Made by a program: the position numbers and the translations under genes. Below the pieces are notes generated by a model. It had not been told where the DNA came from and made no database searches. It saw only the letters and a program-made list of their open reading frames with translations. Of a DNA stretch of 64,000 nt, positions 32,233 to 41,067 are shown piece after piece (within the stretch, counting starts at the first letter, position 1; the number at the start of each line of letters is the position of its first letter). Source of the DNA: Candidatus Kapaibacterium sp. (GTDB lineage Bacteria > Bacteroidota > Ignavibacteria > Kapaibacteriales > UBA2268); contig OY762428.1 of NCBI GenBank assembly GCA_963665665.1, positions 3,328,001 to 3,392,000 on the forward strand. Reading direction: 5' to 3'.

Positions 32233-34257
32233 ATGAATTTACAGACAAAGAGAACAAATTATATTGCATTATTATTTATAATATTAGGATTTTTTTCATT
32301 AAAATCCGGAGAACAGGCTTTTGCGGTACTTGAAATTTATACTTCCGAAGGATGTTCATCTTGTCCGCCGGCAGATGAATTGCTGGAGCAGCTTAAGAAT
32401 TACGAAACACTAAAAGATAAAAACTTTGTTGCAGTTGCGTATCATGTTACTTATTGGGATTACCTTGGTTGGCCTGACAGATTCGGGCAAAAGCAATTTG
32501 ATGATATGCAGAGTGATTTTTGCAGTTACGCCGGCCTGGATTACAGATATACCCCAATGATAATTGTTAATGGAACTACAACGAGTAATGATGGTAATCA
32601 GATATTATCATTACTTACTCAAAGCCTTGCTGAATCAGAACCTCAGACCGGTATTGAATTATCTGTTCCCGGGCCATGCGGCAGAGAGTTTGAAGTTAGT
32701 TATACTCTGACAGGCATTCAGCCTGGATATGAACTTAGCTTTGTATTGCACGAAAGCAAACTAAGTTCTTCGGTAACAGCCGGTGAAAATAAGGGGAAAA
32801 CGCTGACACATGAAAATGTAGCTATGGTCTGTAAAACGGTTACGGTTGATTCTGAAACAGGAACTGTTATGCTGGAAATCCCCGAAGAATCAAAAATTGA
32901 AAACTGTATGGTATCGGCGTTTGTAAGGGAAATTGACGGGTTTGGAATAATTGCTGCTACAAAAGGTATTGAATTACAGCCGACTTTCAATATTGTTTCG
33001 GAAAATGATAAATATGCTGCATTAAGTGAAGGTGAAACTTTTGTTAGCAGCCTTGAAATTCAGAATTTTCTCGATCAGGATGCCGGGTATGTTATTGAAA
33101 TTGAAAAATCGCCCGACACGCCCGTTGACTGGACTATCGGGCTGAGCGGCAGCAATGTTATTGAAGACGGAAATAAATACAGGCTCAATATCAATGCAAA
33201 ATCTATGGCTACTGCTGATCTGAAACTAACAGCCGGAAGCACATTGGGAGTGGGGGAAGTTAAATTCAAAATTTCTGAAAATATTAGCAAACCACTTAGT
33301 TTCAACCGTGAATTTCAAGCCGTTTCAAAAGAGATGCCCGGTTTCGAGATAATTTCAGCAGCTGACGAGGACAAATATTCAATTTTTGAAGAAATTAGTG
33401 AAGCGGCAGAAAAGCAGGCAGCAATGATTAACAATGAGTTTTTCCTTGATGTTTACAGGGATTTGGAAGGAACTGAATTTCTTGTATGGAATACCGGTGC
33501 AACAGGCGCAATATTGAATGATGAAGGTTTGGTGATTAATGAAATGATCAGGTCGGGTGTTAAAACTCTTATTGTTGGCTCTGTTGGACTGGCCTATCTG
33601 GATATTGCAAGTGAAAACCATGACCTGCTGGCTACTCTCGGACTTGACTGGGATCAGAATTCAAATTTAAAAACTATTAACAGCTACAATATCAATGGTA
33701 TTGACGGAGATCCTGTCAGCGATGGCTTCAGCGCTGTAGGGCTGAAGATTAACGGGGGAGAATCATATCTCCAAAGTCTGAATATTATAAATGATTACGT
33801 TTGTAAACCGATTCTGAAGCTGAATGATGCTGACAAGCATAATATCGGATACAGGTATGAATATGAACTATTAAAAGCTGTTGTACTTAACTTTACTCCA
33901 GGTTCAATTCCAATGAGTTCAAAGAGGCAGGATTTGATTGACAGATGCTTCAACTGGCTGAATGGAACCACTGATATTATCGAATTCTGTGAATATAAAG
34001 ATGATCTGAAAGTTTATCCGACAGTAACTGAATCAACTGTAAAAATTAAAATTGATGTTATTGATATAAATTCCAACGAAAATCAAATAAGAATTGTAAA
34101 CACTGTCGGGCAGACAGTAATGCAAATTCAAATAGAAAATGAAATGTCATCTGAAAATGAAATTGAAGTTGACATATCCGGCCTTTCTGCGGGGCTATAT
34201 TACCTGCTTTATCAATCGGGTGAAAGAAAATTTATATCCGGAGTTGTAAAGCAATAG
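32233..34257 (+). CDS. DUF1223 thioredoxin-like protein with T9SS C-terminal domain
   Basis: EIYTSEGCSSCPPAD, YHVTYWDYLGWPD, YTP, GENKG.TL.H.N; VYPT...LSAGLYYL CTD. Confidence 0.85.
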   Translation: MNLQTKRTNYIALLFIILGFFSLKSGEQAFAVLEIYTSEGCSSCPPADELLEQLKNYETLKDKNFVAVAYHVTYWDYLGWPDRFGQKQFDDMQSDFCSYAGLDYRYTPMIIVNGTTTSNDGNQILSLLTQSLAESEPQTGIELSVPGPCGREFEVSYTLTGIQPGYELSFVLHESKLSSSVTAGENKGKTLTHENVAMVCKTVTVDSETGTVMLEIPEESKIENCMVSAFVREIDGFGIIAATKGIELQPTFNIVSENDKYAALSEGETFVSSLEIQNFLDQDAGYVIEIEKSPDTPVDWTIGLSGSNVIEDGNKYRLNINAKSMATADLKLTAGSTLGVGEVKFKISENISKPLSFNREFQAVSKEMPGFEIISAADEDKYSIFEEISEAAEKQAAMINNEFFLDVYRDLEGTEFLVWNTGATGAILNDEGLVINEMIRSGVKTLIVGSVGLAYLDIASENHDLLATLGLDWDQNSNLKTINSYNINGIDGDPVSDGFSAVGLKINGGESYLQSLNIINDYVCKPILKLNDADKHNIGYRYEYELLKAVVLNFTPGSIPMSSKRQDLIDRCFNWLNGTTDIIEFCEYKDDLKVYPTVTESTVKIKIDVIDINSNENQIRIVNTVGQTVMQIQIENEMSSENEIEVDISGLSAGLYYLLYQSGERKFISGVVKQ

Positions 34258-34300
34258 GGAAACTCCCATTGCCTTTGAAAATTGCAGAGGTTATGGAGTG

Positions 34301-34335
34301 GAAAGCCCGGATCTGTTGTCAGGTTCGGGCTTTTA
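34301..34335 (+). terminator. Intrinsic terminator
   Basis: AAAGCCCGGATCTG...CAGGTTCGGGCTTTT. Confidence 0.65.
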
Positions 34336-34403
34336 ATTTAATTTGTCTGATTGTAATAGTTTTGAACACCGGATATGTAAACGAAAATAAAAGTTTGAAA
34401 TAA

Positions 34404-34545
34404 TACGCCGTAAATCAATACGTTGTTGGTATTAATGGTTTTTACTACAAAATTATATCTGAACAATAAAATTTTAACAAGCCTGATATCCCCAAACCCC
34501 TCCGAAGTAGGGGCTTACTGCAAAGCCCTTCCCTTCGGGGAGTGG
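34404..34545 (-). repeat. Dispersed element copy C plus REP-like hairpin
   Basis: Reverse complement contains CTCCCCGAAGGGAAGGGCTTTGCAG followed by the ATTGTTCAGATAT element. Confidence 0.65.
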
Positions 34546-34800
34546 TAAAATCATGAATTGGAATATTCAATACTGAGGCTTCTAATATTACGAGGATGCT
34601 GGTCAATAAATCAACGATTTATTGAAACATCGAAATATGATAATTGTTATAATTATCAATAAGTTTCACCAATATAAACTTTTAGGAGCTTTGAAGTATT
34701 TATAGGGATATAAAGGTATCAAATAATAATCTCGATAAACAGGGGTAAATAAAAAAACCCGGCCGAAGCCGGGCTGCTTAGGTACTGTTACTAATGATAA

Positions 34801-37101
34801 TTAGTGATTTATGACTACGGGAGTTATACTGATTCCTAAATTGTTGGAAATTTTCACAAAGTAAACACCGGATGCGAAGTTAGCTACATCAATTGTATGG
34901 CTGTTCTGTCCGCCGATTGTATTCACATTTGTTTTAAATACTTCAGCGCCTTTGGAATTAATCAGTGATACTTTTGAAATACCATCCGAGGCTTTGAAAG
35001 TCATATTAATGTTTTCACTGACTGGATTTGGCCATACAGAAATTTCTGCCGGGTTCGGAACATCGTGAACATCTGTTGCTCCTTCAGGCTGAAGAACAAT
35101 ATTTTCATTCAAAGGTTTGTTGTTCTGCAGATCAATCGACTGAACAAATTTCTTATATCCAACTTTATCTGCTACAAGGCTGTAACCACCCTCTTTGATA
35201 TTTTCAAGATTGTAGTTGCCTGATCCGGTACTCTTGTTGTATTTAGCAACATTGCCGTTTTTATCAAGTAAATATATTGATACGCCTGACAGCGTTTCGC
35301 CGATTGTTCCACCCTGGCCACTTGAGCGGACAATACCGCCAACCGAGCCGAATCCGGGAATATCTTCTATATTCTGAAGCATAATTGTAATATCATCAAC
35401 ATTTTCCCTGCCGATTTCAACTCTTGTGGCTTCATCCCATGTCCATACTGCATAATCATTTTCTTTATAGAAACCGGGTGCATAATCCGATGATGCGGGG
35501 AAGGCAAAGAATACATAAGAACCGGGGAACAGGTATTCATACTTAAACTCACCGTTGGAATTTGTTACTACAGCCTGAGCTTCATACATCTCGTTATCAT
35601 CATTGCCCATATTGTCGACCAGGAATGCTATTACAAATGCATTGGCAAGGCCTTCTTCATCAGAATTAACAACGGTACCTGCAATATCAAACCATTCACC
35701 GTTTCCTGTTGAGTCGTCGTCAGGATCGCGGATTTCTTCAGTGAAAATAAAGTTAATACCTGTTAAATCACCGGTTATTACAAGAGAATCTGCTTCAAGG
35801 GGATCGGATTTCTGATCCCAGAATACTGACTGGTATTTGAATCCGGGATGATGTGCTGCTGCGAAATAAGTAAACAGATCAGGAAGAATAACTGAATAAT
35901 TTCCGTCTTCATCTGTTGTAACTGATTTCATTATTTCGCCATAAGTGGAATTCCTGTCGTAGGGATTGCTTTGAAACTCAACAAATGCATAGGGTACTGG
36001 TGTACCGTCTTCAAGTGTTACACTACCGCTGACGGTATAATTATCATAATCCATATCAGCATCAAGAGTCATTGTAATATTTCTTGTTTCGTCACAGTCA
36101 ACTGAAATAATAGTTGCATCTTCAATGGTTTGAGCATTTTCATAGAAAACGGCTCTTCTAAGTATCATGCCGCCCATATCAACAGCAGATTCGATCATAA
36201 GGTAATAATCTCCTTCATCAACCCGGAGAGTAACACTGCCGTTTTCAATTTCACCCCATGCACCCTGCTCGCCACCATAATCTAATGAATCGGCTTTGAA
36301 CATAACAGCATATCCATATTCAATAGGATCGCCGTTACTGTCATTAACAGTAAGGTTTACAGTTGCCGGTGTCTCGCATGTGAATACATAAATATTAAAA
36401 GAAAAATACTGGCTTGTAAGATAATTGTTGTCAGCATCATAAGCTTCAACATTGAAAGAGAACCATAACATACCGGATTCTCTCGGAGTCCAGTTGATTT
36501 CTCCTGTTGTCTGATCAATAACCATGTCTTCAGGTGCTTCTTCAAGTTCAAAAGAGTACCTTACATCATCGAGTTCCGGAACAATTTCAATATCCGGAGT
36601 AAAAGTATAATTACTGTTAATTGTAGCATTGTCAACTGGATAATTATTGATTATCAGATAATAAAAATCATTATTCCAATTTCTTACTTCAAACATCATA
36701 ACAGGTGAACGGTCACTTTCACCGTCATTATTATAGGCTGTCATGTAGCAGTAGTAAATACCTTCATTAAGGGTCATCGGTAGGAATGTCATTCCTGCCA
36801 TTCCTCTTCCTCCCCATACAGAATCCCTTTTGAAATCTGTAATATCAGCATTTAGTTCAAAATTTTCATTGTTATCGGATAAATAGAATCTGAACCCTAC
36901 AGCCTCAGGGTCATCATCGTGGAACCATTGAAGAAATACGCCGGGAGCTTCGTTCCCTTCATCATCTAAATTCATTTCATAAAATGCCCAGTATTCTTCA
37001 ACAGGATCCGGAGTATCAGCAGTTAGTTTCCCTGCCGACAGGACTAACACTACCAGGAGTGTCAGAAACGCACTTGTTTTAAATTTTAATAAACTTCCCA
37101 T
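34801..37101 (-). CDS. T9SS-secreted protein with Ig-like and carboxypeptidase-regulatory-like domains
   Basis: Signal peptide; IDQTTGEINWTP; repeated SG.V..DG.P / TDEDGNY; WPNP...FASGVYFV CTD. Confidence 0.8.
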   Translation of the reverse strand: MGSLLKFKTSAFLTLLVVLVLSAGKLTADTPDPVEEYWAFYEMNLDDEGNEAPGVFLQWFHDDDPEAVGFRFYLSDNNENFELNADITDFKRDSVWGGRGMAGMTFLPMTLNEGIYYCYMTAYNNDGESDRSPVMMFEVRNWNNDFYYLIINNYPVDNATINSNYTFTPDIEIVPELDDVRYSFELEEAPEDMVIDQTTGEINWTPRESGMLWFSFNVEAYDADNNYLTSQYFSFNIYVFTCETPATVNLTVNDSNGDPIEYGYAVMFKADSLDYGGEQGAWGEIENGSVTLRVDEGDYYLMIESAVDMGGMILRRAVFYENAQTIEDATIISVDCDETRNITMTLDADMDYDNYTVSGSVTLEDGTPVPYAFVEFQSNPYDRNSTYGEIMKSVTTDEDGNYSVILPDLFTYFAAAHHPGFKYQSVFWDQKSDPLEADSLVITGDLTGINFIFTEEIRDPDDDSTGNGEWFDIAGTVVNSDEEGLANAFVIAFLVDNMGNDDNEMYEAQAVVTNSNGEFKYEYLFPGSYVFFAFPASSDYAPGFYKENDYAVWTWDEATRVEIGRENVDDITIMLQNIEDIPGFGSVGGIVRSSGQGGTIGETLSGVSIYLLDKNGNVAKYNKSTGSGNYNLENIKEGGYSLVADKVGYKKFVQSIDLQNNKPLNENIVLQPEGATDVHDVPNPAEISVWPNPVSENINMTFKASDGISKVSLINSKGAEVFKTNVNTIGGQNSHTIDVANFASGVYFVKISNNLGISITPVVINH

Positions 37102-37479
37102 TATTAACCTCTCAAAAAAATAAAAAAAACAAAATAATTTGAATATTCGGTTCGTAGTTTTTCAATTCTACTTTAACTACACAGAGCAAAAAAATTTGTG
37201 ACAGGAAAAAATTAAAAAATTTCCCTGCTTCTTTATTCCTGAGGCTTTAATTTCATCAGCGAGGCAATAAGAGAATTGTCAGGAGTATAATTCGTATCAA
37301 TGTCGGAGAGTGAAAAATCAGCTGCTTAGTGTGTATTTTCTTCCCAATTTTTTTTGGGGTTATTATCCATGATAAATTTAAATTCCGGAGATTAAACCCC
37401 TGAATTTAAAATTGTTTTTTTTAAAGAGATTAATAAACTCATCCGAATATTTATAATTTTCGGATGAGTTGAGAGATAT

Positions 37480-38193
37480 TCAATCCTTAACACACCTAAC
37501 AGAAAAACCACAATTAACAGGCCTTGGGCTCCTTGCAATTGAGCGGGCTGAATAAAGCAGTTCCCTGCACAGGCTGCCGTGGCTGATGTTTGAACTTGTC
37601 CACCAGTAACCTTTCAAATTTCGTTGATTAAATTCTCCACCGGGGTCTCTTTTGCCTCCCGGCTGTGCCGAGAACCCGACAGAATCAGTAGCCATTTTGT
37701 TCGGACTTTTCCAAAAACCTGTAAATTCTTCATAAATTCCTGTAGCTTTTAAGGACCCGCCAACACATTGCTGCCTGCCCCTGAAATTATAACTGTTAAG
37801 GTCGGCCGAAACCATTCCAAGGTATTGTTCCAATATATGCCACTCCTCATCCGTTGGAACATGCCATCCGGCGGGGGCTAATCCGCGCGGATCGTTTACT
37901 GCATACCAATTATATAATTTGCCATGAATCCTGTTGTTTTCAATATCATTTGCATAATAGCACCAGGCTCCGGTTTCAGTTTCCGACCATTCTTTCCAGT
38001 CTGTAATCTGTGGGATTGTATCGCCGTTACTGTATGTAACAACATCAATATCCTTCGCCATCCAAACCTGTTCCCCTATCTTTATTTCCCTAAAAGGATT
38101 ATCATCAGTAGATTTTACGGAATCTTCGGAACAGGACAGTAAAGAGAAGATAATTAATAATCTTAATAGAATAAAATAATTAAAGTTTTTCAT
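37480..38193 (-). CDS. Fibrobacter succinogenes major paralogous domain (FISUMP) lipoprotein
   Basis: IGEQVWMA, GKLYNWYAV, APAGWHVPTDEEW, GYWWTSS, GFSVRCVKD. Confidence 0.9.
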   Translation of the reverse strand: MKNFNYFILLRLLIIFSLLSCSEDSVKSTDDNPFREIKIGEQVWMAKDIDVVTYSNGDTIPQITDWKEWSETETGAWCYYANDIENNRIHGKLYNWYAVNDPRGLAPAGWHVPTDEEWHILEQYLGMVSADLNSYNFRGRQQCVGGSLKATGIYEEFTGFWKSPNKMATDSVGFSAQPGGKRDPGGEFNQRNLKGYWWTSSNISHGSLCRELLYSARSIARSPRPVNCGFSVRCVKD

Positions 38194-38244
38194 TATGATT
38201 TCAAACCTTATAAATCTAACCCAGAAAAAAAATTGAAAACTATG

Positions 38245-38273
38245 AAAAAAGCCCCGGCAATCAGGGCTTTTTT
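38245..38273. terminator. Intrinsic terminator
   Basis: A-run GCCC...GGGC T-run. Confidence 0.55.
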
Positions 38274-38291
38274 CAAATCGGTTCTTAATTA

Positions 38292-39011
38292 TTATTGCTT
38301 ATAAGCATCTACATTCTTTTTTATCCTGCGCAGCATCATAGATTCCAGGAATCCGTTTGAATCCCAGAAGTGAACCTGCTCGGTAACGTATTCTTCAAAG
38401 CCGCTGACGTCACCTTTCAGGCGCATATATACGGAGCCGTCTTCCTGCTCACGAACGATAAACTTATACTGGAAACGGCCGGTACTCCAAACGCCGCCTC
38501 GGATGACAGGAACCTTAACACTATATTTTTTCAGGTTTTCCAGTGTGGTATCGCCAACTGCAAAAACACAGAAATCAGATAGAAGAACACCTTTGTAAAA
38601 ACCTTCGTCGTTCTGTGAATATGTTTCCTGCATTGTCATGCAATTTCTTTCTTCAAGTGATTTTTTAATTGCATTCCACACGTCCTCGAACATAACATCG
38701 GTGTAAGTATCTTCATACTTGTCTTTGTAATATTTCATTCTTTCGTCTTCCGATGGCGGAACATCTTCAAGTGCATCGAAAGACGATTCTTCATCATTCA
38801 TATCTTCGCCCTGCATAACTTCTTCCTGCATGGATTCCTCCATCATTTCTTCCTTGGCAGGTTCCTGTTCTTCCACCATCTCTTCCTCTTCCATCATTTC
38901 TTCCTCTTCCATCATCTCCTCTTCCTGGAGATAGTCAGTATTGCCGGAGTACATATCAATACCCCAGAATATCAGCGCTGCGCTTAATAATATCAGTGTT
39001 AGTTTCTTCAT
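38292..39011 (-). CDS. Exported hypothetical protein with Glu/Met-rich repeat linker
   Basis: Signal peptide; EEEMMEEEEMMEEEEMVEE repeats. Confidence 0.75.
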   Translation of the reverse strand: MKKLTLILLSAALIFWGIDMYSGNTDYLQEEEMMEEEEMMEEEEMVEEQEPAKEEMMEESMQEEVMQGEDMNDEESSFDALEDVPPSEDERMKYYKDKYEDTYTDVMFEDVWNAIKKSLEERNCMTMQETYSQNDEGFYKGVLLSDFCVFAVGDTTLENLKKYSVKVPVIRGGVWSTGRFQYKFIVREQEDGSVYMRLKGDVSGFEEYVTEQVHFWDSNGFLESMMLRRIKKNVDAYKQ

Positions 39012-39236
39012 TTCAACTCCGAATAGTAAAATTCACAAATTTGCATAACATAAACCAATAAGAAATTTAATGCTAATCAGCTTAATATGCAAATTGTTTT
39101 TCAGAGCTGAGACTAAAAATGTTGCTCTCTGCTAAATAAATAATTCACAAATGAAGAAATTTGATATTATTATGGCTGTAATCATTATAATTCATTAAAT
39201 TTGACTTTAGTTGGAATAAAAAAAATCGGATGCAAT

Positions 39237-39638
39237 ATGTTTGAATATAAATATAAGGTCGGGTTGGAAGATACTGATGCTGCCGGCGTACTTTTTTTCG
39301 CAAAACAATTTAGTATTATCCATCGGGCCTATGAAGAATTATTGGAATCATGCGGTTTCCCTGTAGAAAAGATTCTTAGAGAAGGAAATTTTGCACTGCC
39401 GATCGTTCATGCGGAATCGGATTATTTAACGCCTGTGAGAATAGGTGATTTCGTATCGATTAATATTGTCCTGAAATCAATTTCCCAAAGTTCATTTATA
39501 TTAAAATACGAAATGAAAATCTCTGATAAATTGGCAGGAACTGCCACTACGGTTCATACATCTGTCAATCCGGCCAACGGAAAGAAAATTGAATTGGAAG
39601 CGGATTTGAAAATTAAACTCCGGGAAATAGCCGGTTAA
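39237..39638 (+). CDS. Hotdog-fold acyl-CoA thioesterase (4HBT/DHNA-CoA hydrolase-like)
   Basis: DTDAAGVLFFA, LPIVHAESDY..P. Confidence 0.85.
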   Translation: MFEYKYKVGLEDTDAAGVLFFAKQFSIIHRAYEELLESCGFPVEKILREGNFALPIVHAESDYLTPVRIGDFVSINIVLKSISQSSFILKYEMKISDKLAGTATTVHTSVNPANGKKIELEADLKIKLREIAG

Positions 39639-39648
39639 CTTATTTTAT

Positions 39649-40782
39649 TTACCCGAGCAATTCCCTGTATAGCAAATGCCCGAATTTTCCGAAGTTTTCG
39701 AAATATCCTGAGAACCACTGGTTCAGAGAAATACCGGCCTCGCGTGATTTTATTAGATCCTCCCGGCTGTCAATTCCACCGGTACGAATCACGTGGAATT
39801 CCTCTATGGGGTTTAACTCTGTTGCTTTTTTCACTGCCAGCGATGCAAGTTCCAGAGAGCATGATTTTAACATCCTGCCGCTAAGCCCGCCGCCGAAAGT
39901 ATCTGTGAAATAGTCAAAAGCGCCTTTTTCATCAGGATTTATATCGGGAGAATATTTATTATAGCACGTAGATGTATTGCCAAAATTCACTCCGTCGAAT
40001 CCCATGTCAATTAGATAATTAACCAATGGGCCAACCTGTTCCTGGTCTGTATCATTAGAAAATTTAACAATTACCGGAACGTGGTGTTTCCTGGATTTCA
40101 GGAAATTATCCCGGATATAATCCAATCGGCGGATCAATGCTTTATCAATATTGTTTTCATCATGAGCGCCATGCTCATGCGTTACGTTTGGGCAGCTCTC
40201 ATTCAATTCAATAAAATCAATACCGGCTTTTTCATAAAGTTTCATTCCTGCAGCAAGGCTAATCAGAGCCTGTTCGCCGCTCTGCCCGGGATCTGAACTT
40301 ACACTGATACCGAAGGGGCAGTTTTTAACCCTTGGTACTTTACTGATCCTGGCAGCTACTGTTTCATGTCCTTCGTTAGGGAGCCCCATCCAGTTGGAAG
40401 CTCCGCCTGATTCAGGATAAGGCATATAAGGGTGTTTTATTCCTTTTTTAGAATTGCCGGTTCTCTTCAGGGCAGTGGTAGTTCCGGCCAGGAAAGCACC
40501 GGCGCCCTGGTTTGCACTTAGCTCATAACCCCTGCCGTATTTGAACATACCTGCTGCATTGAACAGATCGGATGCAAAATGCCGGCCCCACAATGTTACG
40601 GTATTTTCTTCCGGTAATATAAGCCTCTCTGTTGGGACATCCTTAGTTAGAGCATCTAAAAATATTTTTCTTGCCCTTGAGTATATTGCCGAAACCGTGT
40701 ACGGAGGCAACTTCATCATTAAGGGCCGCATTTTACCTTCGAGTCTTGCGGTAATTTCAGGTAGAGTCAAACTACGATCCAT
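39649..40782 (-). CDS. pyrD: Dihydroorotate dehydrogenase-like flavoprotein
   Basis: NAAGMFK, NWMGLPNEG, ELNESCPN, VIVKFS, GNT, GGLSG, TGGIDS. Confidence 0.7.
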   Translation of the reverse strand: MDRSLTLPEITARLEGKMRPLMMKLPPYTVSAIYSRARKIFLDALTKDVPTERLILPEENTVTLWGRHFASDLFNAAGMFKYGRGYELSANQGAGAFLAGTTTALKRTGNSKKGIKHPYMPYPESGGASNWMGLPNEGHETVAARISKVPRVKNCPFGISVSSDPGQSGEQALISLAAGMKLYEKAGIDFIELNESCPNVTHEHGAHDENNIDKALIRRLDYIRDNFLKSRKHHVPVIVKFSNDTDQEQVGPLVNYLIDMGFDGVNFGNTSTCYNKYSPDINPDEKGAFDYFTDTFGGGLSGRMLKSCSLELASLAVKKATELNPIEEFHVIRTGGIDSREDLIKSREAGISLNQWFSGYFENFGKFGHLLYRELLG

Positions 40783-41067
40783 AATTAATTTATAACATCT
40801 TAACAGATTAGCCGGAAAATGATCAATATTAATTAACCACTTCCGGAAAAATTATATCAATTATCATTTCGATATAATTTTATAATTTAAAATTAACTAA
40901 TTTTTGTAAATTTCTTATTATACTTACTTAATTTAGCAGGTATTAAATTGCATAACTAAATTGAAAGTTGATCTTGGTACAATCATATTCACTATTTTAA
41001 GTCTTAATATTCGTAATTTTGATTAAATTAACAAAATATATATGTTACACTAAAATTCGGAAATCGA

